Source: an uncultured Actinomycetota bacterium (GTDB taxonomy: Bacteria > Actinomycetota > Actinomycetes > Actinomycetales > Dermatophilaceae). Taken from it: 64,000 nucleotides of DNA. Positions within the stretch are counted from its first letter, which is position 1; every line of letters starts with the position of its first letter. Where the stretch lies: assembly GCA_963800435.1 (NCBI GenBank), contig CAWDBE010000008.1, positions 397,839-461,838 on the forward strand, read 5' to 3'. Shown here piece by piece: positions 23,441-35,464 of the stretch. The position numbers were made by a program, and so were the translations under genes. Below the pieces are notes generated by a model. It was not told where the DNA came from. It made no database searches and was given only the letters and a program-made list of their open reading frames with translations.

Positions 23441-23965
23441 ATGACAACCGCATCGGAGGACCGCATCCTCGTCCTGCTCCGGCACGCCAAGGCCGAGCAC
23501 GGTGGCTACGAGCGCGACCACGAGCGTGAGCTCACGGCTCGCGGGAAGCGGGACGCCTCCGCGGCCGGGCACTGGCTCGTCGAGCACGCCATCGGCCTCG
23601 ACGAGGTCATCTGCTCGACCTCGGCGCGGACCCAGCAGACCGCCGAGGAGCTGTGGGTCGCCGGTTGCCCCGAGGCGGAGGTCCATTTCGACCGGCGCGT
23701 CTACAACGCCTCGCCCGGGACCCTGCTCGAGGTGCTCCGCGAGAGCGACCCCGAGGCGTCCGTGATCATGCTCGTGGGCCATGCGCCCGGGATCCCCGCC
23801 CTCGCGTCGATGCTGGCCGACGGCGAGGGCAGCTGGGAGGCCCACCAGGCGATGTCCCAGGGGTACCCGACGTGCGGCCTCGCGGTCCTGCGCTACTCCG
23901 GTCACTGGGCGGCGCTCGGCGAGAGCATGGCGGTGCTCGACCGGTTCCACGTCGCCCGCGGCTGA
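23441..23965 (+). CDS. histidine phosphatase family protein (SixA-like)
   Basis: LLRHAKAE (RHG-type motif) and VGHAPG. Confidence 0.75.
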   Translation: MTTASEDRILVLLRHAKAEHGGYERDHERELTARGKRDASAAGHWLVEHAIGLDEVICSTSARTQQTAEELWVAGCPEAEVHFDRRVYNASPGTLLEVLRESDPEASVIMLVGHAPGIPALASMLADGEGSWEAHQAMSQGYPTCGLAVLRYSGHWAALGESMAVLDRFHVARG

Positions 23966-24072
23966 ACGCCACGGGGGCGCCGTCGGCCGCACGTCGGGGG
24001 TGACTACTCCGTTCGGCCTGGATTGCCCCATCGGCCCCACCAGGCGCACCAGGCCGACCTAGACTCACCGCC

Positions 24073-24836
<764 letters not shown>

Positions 24837-24852
<16 letters not shown>

Positions 24853-26408
24853 TCCACCTCCGGCTCACCCTCTGGCGGCACGGTCTGCGGCGTAGCCCGG
24901 CCCAGCGGGCCTCCACGATCATCGGCGGCGTGGCGGCCCTGGTCGGCTGGGGTGTGCTCGTCCCGACCCTCATCCTGCTGCGCGGCGGGTCCGTCGGCCT
25001 CCAGGACGTCACCGTGCCGGCCTTCGCCACCCTGACCATGCTGTGGAGCGTCATGTCTCTCATCGCGGCCGGGGTCGACAACACCCTCGACCCGGCACGG
25101 TTCGCGGTGCTCCCGGTGCCGGCCAGGCAGCTGGTCCCGGGGCTGTTCGCGGCCGCCTTCGTCGGCATCCCAGCGGTCTTCCTCGTCGGCCTCGCAGGGG
25201 CCCAGGTCGTCACGTGGTCGGGTGGTCCGGGGACCCTGGCGGCGGCGGCGCTCGCCGCGTCCCTCGGCGTGCCGACCGCGGTGCTCGGCTCGCGGGTCCT
25301 CACGACGGCCCTGGCCCGGATCATGACCTCCCGGCGAGGGCGCGAGATCGGCGCGTTCGTGATCTCGATGGTGACCCTCGCACCGATGGGGCTCAACCTG
25401 CTCATCGCCCGCGGAGGCCGGAGCTTCCGGCCGGACGACGTCGATGCGACCCAGGCCGCTCATCTCGCCGGGTGGACCCCGGTGGGCTGGGCCTGGGCGT
25501 TGCCCGACGACGTGGCCCGGGGACTGTGGCTGCGGGCCCTGGTCCACCTTGTGCTCGCCGGCCTCCTCCTCGCTCTGCTGTGGTGGGCGTGGGTGCGGCT
25601 GCTCGCGCGCGTGCTCACCTCCCCGCTGGTGACCGGCGGGGGGCAGCGCATCGGGGCCGGCCGCATCCTGCCCCGCCTGCTCGGCACCAGCCCCGCGGCC
25701 GCCATCGCGACCCGCCGGATCCGGGCGTGGCGCCGGGACAGCCGGCTGGTCAGCATCGCCCTGCGAACCCTCGTGCTGCCCGTCGTCCTCATCGCGCAGG
25801 GACTACTCACCCGTGAGGCGAACCCCATCGCACCCATGGGCGCGGTGATGCTCGCGATCTTCTCGGGGCTCACCCTCATGAACGACCTCGCCTTCGACGG
25901 CCCGCCCTGGTGGCTTCATCTCGCCACCGGGGTGAGTGGGCGGGACGACCGGCTCGGCCGGGTCCTCGCCTCGAGCGTGGTGTTCGCCCCGGTTACCGCC
26001 GCGGCGTATGCCGCCGCGGTGGCGCTGGGGCTGGTCGCCCACCCCGTGCCATGGCTCGCGGTCGTGCTCAGCGCCCTGCTGTGCAGCATGGGCATCGCCG
26101 CCTTCGTCGGCGCCTACCTCCCCGGCACCGCGCCCCGGACCGGGGGCAACCCCTTCGGCGCCCAGTCGGGGGCTGCGGCGCAGGGGTGCGTGACGGCCAT
26201 CGTCTCGTTCGTCGCCCCGGTCGTCCTGCTCGTCCCCGTCGTCCTCGTGGCGGTTCTGCTCGCCGGCACCGCCTGGAGCTGGCTGTCTGTCCTGGTGGGC
26301 CTCGGCTGGGGTCTGGCCGTCGTGGCCGGGGGCATCGTGTTCGGAGGCCGGCGGCTCGACGCCAGGGGCCCGGAGATGCTCGGCCTGCTCGCCCGGGCGC
26401 AGATATAG
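24837..26408 (+). CDS. polytopic ABC-2-type exporter permease (putative)
   Basis: About 12 hydrophobic segments. It overlaps the ATPase gene by 16 nt. The GTG start is uncertain. Confidence 0.6.
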
Positions 26409-26556
26409 GTGCTGCCGCCGGGCCGAGGCCGGGGGCGGGGCCCCCGGGGCGCGGCCGGGGCGAGGGCCTGGGCCGAAGGCAGCCCCCAGGTCCCGGATCG
26501 TGGGATCCCCCGTCTCAGTGATTGACACCCCAGGCCGCGCGCGGGAGAGTTCTCGC

Positions 26557-26595
26557 GTGGCCCGAGTCCTCGTACTTTCCCAGCGCGCCGGCTGA
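26557..26595 (+). promoter_or_regulatory. candidate ilvB leader peptide M-A-R-V-L-V-L-S-Q-R-A-G
   Basis: GTG at 26557 with GGGAGAG 9 nt upstream. There are four consecutive Val/Leu codons, including the rare GTA and CTT. TGA at 26593-26595. A terminator hairpin follows 28 nt later. Confidence 0.55.
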
Positions 26596-26622
26596 CCCCA
26601 ACGGTCCTCCGCCGAGCGCGCG

Positions 26623-26662
26623 CCCTCCGGCGTCCCACACCATCGGGACAGGAGGGCTTTTT
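26623..26662 (+). terminator. intrinsic terminator/attenuator upstream of ilvB
   Basis: CCCTCCggcGTCCC-acaccatc-GGGACaGGAGGG followed by CTTTTT. T-tracts are rare in this DNA. It lies 72 nt before the ilvB start. Confidence 0.65.
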
Positions 26663-26733
26663 CATGGGCTGACCCGGCCGGGCCACCGGCGCCCTCCGTC
26701 CACCGCGCGACCGCGCAGGGACGAGGGACGAGA

Positions 26734-28668
26734 ATGCAGGAACCAGTTGTGAACCCAGGAAGCGGTGACGACGTGAGTAACACCCAGACGGCGGCTCCAT
26801 CGAGCACGCCCACGCCGGCCCAGATGCCCCAGCAGGCCAGGACCAAGGCCCCGGTCGATGTCACCGGCGCCCAGAGCCTGGTGCTCTCGCTCGAGGCGCT
26901 GGAGGTCGACACCGTCTTCGGAATTCCCGGGGGGACGATCCTGCCGGCCTACGACCCCCTGCTGGACTCGGTCAAGGTGCGCCACATCCTGGTCCGCCAC
27001 GAGCAGGGCGCCGGCCATGCCGCCGAGGGCTATGCGGCGGCGACAGGCAAGGTCGGTGTGTGCATGGCCACCTCCGGGCCGGGCGCGACCAACCTCGTCA
27101 CGGCGATCGCGGACGCCTACATGGACTCGGTGCCGATCGTCGCCATCACCGGCCAGGTCACCTCGAAGTCGATCGGGACCGACGCCTTCCAGGAGGCGGA
27201 CATCCGGGGCATCACGATGCCCATCACCAAGCACAACTACCTCGTCACCGACCCGGCGGACATCCCGCGGACGATCGCCGAGGCGTTCCACATCGCCGGC
27301 ACCGGTCGGCCGGGGCCGGTCCTCGTCGACATTCCCAAGGACGTTCTCCAGGCCCGGACCACCTTCGCGTGGCCGCCGCGGATCGAGCTACCGGGCTACC
27401 ACCCGGTCACCCGCCCGCACAGCAAGCAGATCCGCGAGGCGGCCCGGCTCATCGCCGAGGCGGAGCGCCCGATCCTCTATGTCGGTGGCGGTGTCATCCG
27501 GGCGCGGGCCGCAGAAGAGCTGCGCCGGTTCGTCGACCTGACCCAGATCCCCGTCGTGACGACGCTCATGGCGCGCGGCGCGCTGCCCGACAGCCACCCG
27601 CTGCATCTCGGCATGCCCGGCATGCACGGCTCGGTGTCGGCGGTGACCGGGCTGCAGAAGGCCGACCTCATCGTCGCGCTCGGCGCCCGGTTCGACGACC
27701 GGGTCACCGGGCAGCTGTCGACCTTCGCCCCCGAGGCCAAGATCATCCACGCCGACATCGACCCGGCCGAGATCAGCAAGAACCGCAAGGCCGACGTGCC
27801 GATCGTCGGTGACTGCAAGGCCGTCATCGCCGACCTCATCGAGGCCGTCGACGCCGACATCGACGCCGGTCACGCGGGCGACTACGCAGCGTGGCGGGAG
27901 CGTACCCGGGGGTGGCAGAAGACCTTCCCGGTCGGCTACACGCCGCCGTCGGACGGCACGCTCGCCCCGCAGTACGTCCTCGAGCGGCTCGGCGCGCTCG
28001 CCGGACCGGAGGCCGTCTACGTCGCCGGTGTCGGCCAGCACCAGATGTGGGCCTCGCAGTTCATCCAGTACGAACGCCCCAACGCCTGGCTCAACTCCGG
28101 TGGCCTCGGGACGATGGGGTATGCCGTTCCGGCCGCCATGGGTGCCCAGGTCGGCCAGCCCGACCGGCAGGTGTGGGCGATCGACGGCGACGGATGCTTC
28201 CAGATGACCAACCAGGAGCTCGCGACCTGCGTCATCAACGACATCCCCATCAAGATCGCGCTGATCAACAACTCCAGCCTCGGCATGGTCCGTCAGTGGC
28301 AGTCGCTCTTCTACAACGAGCGCTACTCCAACACCGACCTGCACACCTCCGTCGGGGGCCGGACCCCCGACTTCGTCAAGCTCGCCGAGGCCTACGGCTG
28401 TGTCGGGCTGCGCTGCGAGAGGCCCGAGGACGTCGACGCGACGATCACGGCGGCGATGGAGGTCACCGACCGGCCGGTCGTCATCGACTTCGTCGTCCAC
28501 CGCGACGCCATGGTGTGGCCGATGGTCCCCGCCGGCGTGAGCAATGACGCCATCCAGGTCGCCCAGGACACCGCGCCGCAGTGGGACCGCGAGGAGTCCG
28601 ACGCTGCCGAGCAGGGCCAGGACGCCGACCACAGCGCCGCTGCGAGCACCGACCAGGCCGCCGGCTAG
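26734..28668 (+). CDS. ilvB: acetolactate synthase large subunit
   Basis: ThDP motif [16 protein letters not shown]...IDGDGCFQM...NNSSLGMV. The N-terminal start could be a later Met. Confidence 0.95.
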   Translation: MQEPVVNPGSGDDVSNTQTAAPSSTPTPAQMPQQARTKAPVDVTGAQSLVLSLEALEVDTVFGIPGGTILPAYDPLLDSVKVRHILVRHEQGAGHAAEGYAAATGKVGVCMATSGPGATNLVTAIADAYMDSVPIVAITGQVTSKSIGTDAFQEADIRGITMPITKHNYLVTDPADIPRTIAEAFHIAGTGRPGPVLVDIPKDVLQARTTFAWPPRIELPGYHPVTRPHSKQIREAARLIAEAERPILYVGGGVIRARAAEELRRFVDLTQIPVVTTLMARGALPDSHPLHLGMPGMHGSVSAVTGLQKADLIVALGARFDDRVTGQLSTFAPEAKIIHADIDPAEISKNRKADVPIVGDCKAVIADLIEAVDADIDAGHAGDYAAWRERTRGWQKTFPVGYTPPSDGTLAPQYVLERLGALAGPEAVYVAGVGQHQMWASQFIQYERPNAWLNSGGLGTMGYAVPAAMGAQVGQPDRQVWAIDGDGCFQMTNQELATCVINDIPIKIALINNSSLGMVRQWQSLFYNERYSNTDLHTSVGGRTPDFVKLAEAYGCVGLRCERPEDVDATITAAMEVTDRPVVIDFVVHRDAMVWPMVPAGVSNDAIQVAQDTAPQWDREESDAAEQGQDADHSAAASTDQAAG

Positions 28669-28697
28669 GCCCCAAGAGAGCAGAGAGAGCGATACCC

Positions 28698-29210
28698 ATG
28701 TCCAAGCACACCCTGTCCGTGCTCGTCGAGAACAAGCCGGGCGTGCTCGCCCGGATCGCCGGGCTCTTCTCCCGGCGCGGCTTCAACATCGACTCCCTCG
28801 CCGTCGGCGAGACCGAGCACGCGGAGATCTCCCGGATGACCGTCGTCGTCGACGTCGAGGACCTGCCGCTCGAGCAGGTGACCAAGCAGCTCAACAAGCT
28901 TGTCGAGGTGCTCAAGGTCGTCGAGCTCGAACCCGGCTCGGCCGTCCAGCGCCAGGTCATGCTCATCAAGGTCCGCGCCGACGCGGCGACCCGCAGCCAG
29001 GTGCTCGAGATGGTGCAGATGTTCCGCGCCAAGGTCGTCGACGTCGCCACCGAGTCCCTGACGATCGAGGCGACCGGTCCCTCCGAGAAGCTCCGCGCCC
29101 TGCTCGACGTGCTCGACCCCTACGGTGTCAAGGAGCTCGTCCAGTCCGGGATGGTCGGCATCGGCCGCGGGCCGCGCTCGATCACCGACCGGGCGCTGCG
29201 CAGCGCCTGA
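28698..29210 (+). CDS. ilvN: acetolactate synthase small (regulatory) subunit
   Basis: ACT domain HTLSVLVENKPGVLARIAGLFSRRGFNIDSL. Confidence 0.93.
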   Translation: MSKHTLSVLVENKPGVLARIAGLFSRRGFNIDSLAVGETEHAEISRMTVVVDVEDLPLEQVTKQLNKLVEVLKVVELEPGSAVQRQVMLIKVRADAATRSQVLEMVQMFRAKVVDVATESLTIEATGPSEKLRALLDVLDPYGVKELVQSGMVGIGRGPRSITDRALRSA

Positions 29211-29243
29211 CCCACCGCCTTCCCCCTCGCAGCGTCCGAGTGA

Positions 29244-30419
<1,176 letters not shown>

Positions 30420-30450
30420 GGCCCCACCTCTGCCCGCCCCGGCGGGGTAT

Positions 30451-30485
30451 GCCGGCCGGTCACCCCACGAGGGTGGCCGGCCGGT
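30451..30485 (+). terminator. GC-rich hairpin after ilvC
   Basis: GCCGGCCGGTCACCC-cacga-GGGTGGCCGGCCGG (one mismatch), 32 nt after the ilvC stop. There is no T-tract. Confidence 0.45.
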
Positions 30486-30529
30486 GTCGCGCCGCGGCTC
30501 AGCAGAAGGTGGCTCGACGGAGGTTGCTC

Positions 30530-30589
30530 AGCAGAGGTTAGGGGACCAAGCAGAGGTTGTACCTTCTGCTTGGTCCCCTAACCTCTGCT
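30530..30589. repeat. near-perfect 28-bp inverted repeat (about 50% GC) inside a six-box AGCAGARGKT array
   Basis: AGCAGAGGTTAGGGGACCAAGCAGAGGT-tgt-ACCTTCTGCTTGGTCCCCTAACCTCTGCT, with one mismatch. Read directly. Confidence 0.85.
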
Positions 30590-30812
30590 AGCAGAAGTTA
30601 GGGAGAGCCCGGCGCAGGTCGGGGAGAAGGGTCGGGGGCGGGGGCGCATCGGTGACCGCGCTCATATCGTGGGCGGGGTGTCCGGCATGTGATGGCCCCC
30701 ATACGATGGGCCTCAGGTACACCGGAGTGCCGCGCTCTCGCCACCCGAGTGAGGGCGGACCCACCCAGCCGTGGCGGCATACCGGCTGGGTCCGCAGGAG
30801 AGAAGGACCGTC

Positions 30813-32399
30813 GTGACCAAGCCAGTCGTGCTCATCGCCGAGGAGCTCTCGCCCGCCACCTTGGACGCCCTGGGGCCCGACTTCGAGGTCCGGCACACCG
30901 ACGGTGCCGACCGCTCCCAGCTCCTCCCGGCCCTCGAGGGTGTCGACGCCGTGCTCGTCCGGTCCGCCACGAAGATGGACGCCGAGGCCATCGCCGCCGC
31001 CAAGAGCCTCAAGGTCATCGCCCGGGCCGGCGTGGGCCTCGACAACGTCGACGTCGAGGCGGCCACCAAGGCCGGGGTCATGGTCGTCAACGCCCCGACC
31101 TCCAACATCACCAGCGCCGCGGAGCTGGCGATCGGGCTCATGCTCGCCACCGCCCGAAACATCGCCCCGGCCAACGAGGCGCTCAAGGGCGGGGCCTGGA
31201 AGCGCAGCAAGTACTCCGGCGTCGAGCTGCTCGACAAGACGGTCGGCATCGTCGGGTTCGGCCGGATCGGCCAGCTCGTCGCCGAGCGGCTCAAGGGCTT
31301 CGGCGTCGAGATCCTCGCCTACGACCCCTACGTCTCGGCCCAGCGGGCAGGGCAGGCCGGCGCCAGCCTGGTCAGCCTCGACGAGCTGCTCGCCCGGGCG
31401 GACTTCATCACCGTCCACCTCCCCAAGAACGCCGAGACGATCGGGCTCATCGGCGCTGAGGCACTGACCAAGGTCAAGCCGAGCGTGCGCATCGTCAACG
31501 CCGCCCGCGGCGGGATCGTCGACGAGGCGGCCCTCGCCGCGGCCATCGCCGAGGGCCGGGTGGCGGGCGCCGGCATCGACGTGTTCGCCACCGAGCCGAC
31601 GACCGAGAGCGCCCTGTTCGACCACGAGACCGTCGTCGTCACCCCGCACCTCGGCGCCTCGACCGAGGAGGCCCAGGAGAAGGCGGGGGTGGCCGTCGCC
31701 AAGTCGGTCCGGCTGGCCCTGTCCGGCGACCTCGTGCCCGACGCGGTCAACGTCTCCGGCGGGACGGTCGCCGAGGAGGTCCGGCCCGGCATGGACCTCG
31801 TCGAGAAGCTCGGCCGCATCTTCACGGCGGTCGCCGGTGGGGTCCCGGTCCAGCTCGACGTCGACGTCCGCGGCGAGATCACCGAGTTCGACGTCTCGAT
31901 CTGGGAGCTCTCTGCGCTCAAGGGCCTGTTCGCCGACGTCACCGAGGACCCGGTGACGTATGTCAACGCGCCGCTGCTGGCCAAGGAGCGCGGCTGCGAG
32001 GTGCGGCTCATCACCAGCGCCGTGGCCGAGGACTTCCGCAACGTGACCACCCTGGCCGGCACGCTGGCCGACGGCTCGAAGGTCTCGGTGTCCGGGACCC
32101 TGACCGGCCCGAAGATGGTCCAGAAGATCATCGGCGTCAACGGCTTCGACCTCGAGATCCCGCTCAGCCAGCACATGGCCTTCTTCTCCTACGAGGACCG
32201 CCCCGGCGTCATCGGCAGGGTCGGCCGGCTGCTCGGCGACGCCGGTGTCAACATCGCCGGCATGCAGGTCGCCCGCAACGACGACACCGGCATGGCCCTG
32301 GTGGCCCTGACCGTCGACAGCGTCATCCCGGGCGAGGTCGTCGCGGCCATCGGTGCCGAGATCGGCGCCGAGGTGGTCAAGGTCGTCGACCTCGACTGA
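30813..32399 (+). CDS. serA: D-3-phosphoglycerate dehydrogenase
   Basis: VTKPVVLIAEEL N-terminus (GTG 30813 after GGAGAGAAGGA), NAD site GFGRIGQLVAERL and a C-terminal ACT domain. Confidence 0.95.
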   Translation: MTKPVVLIAEELSPATLDALGPDFEVRHTDGADRSQLLPALEGVDAVLVRSATKMDAEAIAAAKSLKVIARAGVGLDNVDVEAATKAGVMVVNAPTSNITSAAELAIGLMLATARNIAPANEALKGGAWKRSKYSGVELLDKTVGIVGFGRIGQLVAERLKGFGVEILAYDPYVSAQRAGQAGASLVSLDELLARADFITVHLPKNAETIGLIGAEALTKVKPSVRIVNAARGGIVDEAALAAAIAEGRVAGAGIDVFATEPTTESALFDHETVVVTPHLGASTEEAQEKAGVAVAKSVRLALSGDLVPDAVNVSGGTVAEEVRPGMDLVEKLGRIFTAVAGGVPVQLDVDVRGEITEFDVSIWELSALKGLFADVTEDPVTYVNAPLLAKERGCEVRLITSAVAEDFRNVTTLAGTLADGSKVSVSGTLTGPKMVQKIIGVNGFDLEIPLSQHMAFFSYEDRPGVIGRVGRLLGDAGVNIAGMQVARNDDTGMALVALTVDSVIPGEVVAAIGAEIGAEVVKVVDLD

Positions 32400-32441
32400 C
32401 AGCGGAGCACCGGGTTCCCGTCGAGGGGGCGGGGACATCGG

Positions 32442-32488
32442 GTATGCCGCGTGCAGGCGGGCCGAGCGGCGGCCGGCACGCGGCATAC
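32442..32488 (+). terminator. hairpin after serA built from an inverted pair of the over-represented 8-mer
   Basis: GTATGCCGCGTGC (32442-32454) and GCACGCGGCATAC (32476-32488) form a perfect 13-bp stem with a 21-nt GC-rich loop, 43 nt after the serA stop. Confidence 0.5.
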
Positions 32489-33070
32489 GTCGGCGGTGTC
32501 CTGGCTGAGAAGTCACCACGCGGCTGAGTACCTTCCCAGCCGGATGGTGACTGCTCAGCCGACGTGCCGACGGCCCGTGGGCAGGCGGGCGGGGCGCCGC
32601 CCGTTCGGCGGAGACCGGGGTCAACCGTGAGGTCCGCGATCTGGGAAGAAGCCACCACATAGTTGGACGTCCATCTACTCTGGATGTATGCCGCGACGCG
32701 ACGGACTCCTCGTCGCCCGCCGCGGCCGGGTCCGGTAGTCAGCGTCCACGCCGCGGAGACCCCGCTGCGGTTGCTGACCGGCTCGCCGATCACTCGGCTC
32801 GAGCCGCCGCACCTCCCCATGCCGACGGCTCTCGCGAGCCCGAGAAGGATGTGTGACGCAGATGAACCCCGAGATGATGACCTCCGAGGCCGACGGCGCC
32901 CGCCGGGCCCTGCAGGAGTCGATGGACCTGCGCGACCAGGGCCACAGTGAGGACTGACGCTCGACGCGCGCACCCCAGGGCTCGGCTGACGTCTCGGCCG
33001 GGCCCTTGGCGTATGCCGCGATGCGAGACGCCATGTCCACATCACGGGACGTTTGCCTAGGCTGCCGGGC

Positions 33071-34132
33071 ATGAGCGACACCGCCGCGGGCAGCCTGCAG
33101 ATCGCCGTCATCGGCGGCGACGGCATCGGGCCCGAGGTGCTCGCCGAGGGCCTGAAGGTCCTCGAGACGGTGACCCGCGCGAGCGGGCTGAAGGTCGCGA
33201 CGACCCAGTACGACCTCGGCGCGAGGCGCTGGCACGACACGGGCGAGACCCTCCCCGAGTCGGTGCTCGCCGAGCTGCGGGACCACGACGCGATCCTGCT
33301 CGGTGCCATCGGCGATCCCACGGTGCCGAGTGGGGTCCTCGAGCGCGGTGTGCTGCTCCCGCTGCGCTTCGCCCTCGAGCACTACGTCAACCTTCGCCCG
33401 GCCCGGCTCTACCCCGGGGTGCTCAGCCCCCTGGCGGTCGAGCGGGTGGCCCCCAACGGCATCGACTTCGTCGTCGTCCGCGAGGGCACCGAGGGACCGT
33501 ATGTCGGCAACGGCGGCTCGCTGCGTACCGGCACCCCGAACGAGATCGCGACCGAGGTGAGCATCAACACCCGGTTCGGCGTCGAGCGCGTCGTCCGCGA
33601 CGCCTTCGCCCGCGCCCAGGCGCGCCCTCGCCGCCACCTGACCCTCGTCCACAAGCACAACGTCCTCACCTACGCCGGCCATCTCTGGCGGCGCACGGTC
33701 GAGGAGGTCGGTGCCGAGTTCCCCGACGTCGAGACGGCATACCAGCACGTCGACGCCGCGACGATCTTCCTCACGACCGACCCCGGACGCTTCGATGTCA
33801 TCGTGACCGACAACCTCTTCGGCGACATCATCACCGACATCGCCGCGGCCGTCACGGGCGGCATCGGCCTCGCCGCAAGCGGCAACATCAACCCCGAGGG
33901 CCGCTACCCGAGCATGTTCGAGCCGGTCCACGGCTCCGCTCCGGACATCGCCGGGCAGGGCAAGGCAGACCCCACCGCTGCCATCTTGTCGGTCTCGATG
34001 CTCCTCGCGCACCTGGGCCACGGTGCCGAGGCCGAGCGAGTAGAGCAGGCGGTCGCCGCCGACCTCGCCGAGCGTGGCTCCACCGCCCGCTCGACCACGC
34101 AGGTCGGCGACGACATCGCCGCCCGGCTGTAG
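33071..34132 (+). CDS. leuB: 3-isopropylmalate dehydrogenase
   Basis: [22 protein letters not shown] and [11 protein letters not shown]. Confidence 0.95.
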   Translation: MSDTAAGSLQIAVIGGDGIGPEVLAEGLKVLETVTRASGLKVATTQYDLGARRWHDTGETLPESVLAELRDHDAILLGAIGDPTVPSGVLERGVLLPLRFALEHYVNLRPARLYPGVLSPLAVERVAPNGIDFVVVREGTEGPYVGNGGSLRTGTPNEIATEVSINTRFGVERVVRDAFARAQARPRRHLTLVHKHNVLTYAGHLWRRTVEEVGAEFPDVETAYQHVDAATIFLTTDPGRFDVIVTDNLFGDIITDIAAAVTGGIGLAASGNINPEGRYPSMFEPVHGSAPDIAGQGKADPTAAILSVSMLLAHLGHGAEAERVEQAVAADLAERGSTARSTTQVGDDIAARL

Positions 34133-34335
34133 CCCTCACCTGAGTACGCGCATCGGCCCCCGGACGGCGAACCGCCTCCGGGGGCCGAACCGTCGGTGAG
34201 GACCCGCCGGCGGCGACGACCGCACGACCCCGTCGACCTCGCGACCACCCACCTGCCACTCCCAACCCCACCGGCTCGGGCTACCCTGCCAGGAGCGCCA
34301 CCAGCCTCATGGACCGTCCAGGAAGGACCACCAGC

Positions 34336-35436
34336 ATGACCTCGCCTCTCACCTTCACCGTTCACCCTCGCGCCGACGTGGCGTCGGACGCCGGGTGTGC
34401 GGAGATCCTGGCCAACCCGGGCTTCGGCGTGTACTTCACCGACCACATGGTCACCGCGACGTGGACCCCCGACGAGGGGTGGCACGACGGCCAGGTCAGG
34501 GCATACGGGCCGATCACCATGATGCCGTCGGCCGCGGTGCTGCACTACGCGCAGGAGATCTTCGAGGGTCTCAAGGCCTACCGCCATGCCGACGGCTCGG
34601 TGTGGGCCTTCCGGCCCGAGGCCAACGCCCAGCGGATGATCCGCAGCGCCGGCCGACTGGCGCTGCCCACGCTGGCGGAGGAGGACTTCATCGCCTCGCT
34701 CAAGGCGCTCGTGTCCGTCGACGGGCGCTGGGTCCCCGCAGCCGACGGCACCGAGAAGAGCCTCTACCTGCGGCCGTTCATGTACGCCTCGGAGTCCTTC
34801 CTCGGGGTGCGTCCGGCCCGTGAGGTGACCTACTCGGTCATCGCCTCCCCGGCGGGGGCGTACTTCTCGGGCGGCCTGAAGCCGGTCAACCTGTGGGTGT
34901 CCACGCGCTTCGCCCGCGCGGGGGAGGGCGGCACCGGCGCCGCCAAGTGCGGCGGCAACTACGCCTCCAGCCTGGCCGGCCAGATGGAGGGGCTCGAGCA
35001 CGGGTGCGACCAGGCGGTCTTCCTCGACTCCGCGTCGCACACCTACATCGAGGAGCTCGGCGGGATGAACCTCTTCTTCGTCACCGGGGACGGCACCCTG
35101 GTCACCCCCGAGCTCACCGGCACCATCCTCGAGGGCGTGACACGCGCGTCGATCCTCGAGATCGCCAAGGAGCTGGGCCTGGCGCCGGAGGAGCGACGCA
35201 TCCCCATCGCCGAGTGGGAGGACGGCGTGCGGTCCGGGCACATCACCGAGGTGTTCGCCTGCGGCACGGCGGCTGTCGTCACCCCGGTCGGCGAGCTGCG
35301 CTGGGACGGCGGTTCGGCGGCATCGACGGCGGGCGAGGCCGGCGGCGAGGTCACCAACGCGATCCGCACCCGGCTCCTCGACATCCAGTACGGTCGCGCC
35401 GAGGACAACCACGGCTGGCTGACCCGGCTCGCCTGA
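34336..35436 (+). CDS. ilvE: branched-chain amino acid aminotransferase
   Basis: FEGLKAYR and GGTGAAKCGGNYA. ATG 34336 follows GGAAGGA. Confidence 0.93.
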   Translation: MTSPLTFTVHPRADVASDAGCAEILANPGFGVYFTDHMVTATWTPDEGWHDGQVRAYGPITMMPSAAVLHYAQEIFEGLKAYRHADGSVWAFRPEANAQRMIRSAGRLALPTLAEEDFIASLKALVSVDGRWVPAADGTEKSLYLRPFMYASESFLGVRPAREVTYSVIASPAGAYFSGGLKPVNLWVSTRFARAGEGGTGAAKCGGNYASSLAGQMEGLEHGCDQAVFLDSASHTYIEELGGMNLFFVTGDGTLVTPELTGTILEGVTRASILEIAKELGLAPEERRIPIAEWEDGVRSGHITEVFACGTAAVVTPVGELRWDGGSAASTAGEAGGEVTNAIRTRLLDIQYGRAEDNHGWLTRLA

Positions 35437-35464
35437 GCCGGTCGGTCGCAGGAGGCGGTATGCC

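Noticed and set aside
26522-26752. 76-aa track ORF upstream of ilvB.
   Set aside because: It spans the leader peptide, the terminator hairpin and the ilvB start region in another frame, and it has a Pro/Ala/Arg-rich translation. The attenuator interpretation explains the region better.
32663-32950. 95-aa ORF in the serA-leuB spacer.
   Set aside because: The translation is Arg/Pro-rich with no RBS and no family resemblance. It overlaps the better-looking 31-codon ORF in another frame.
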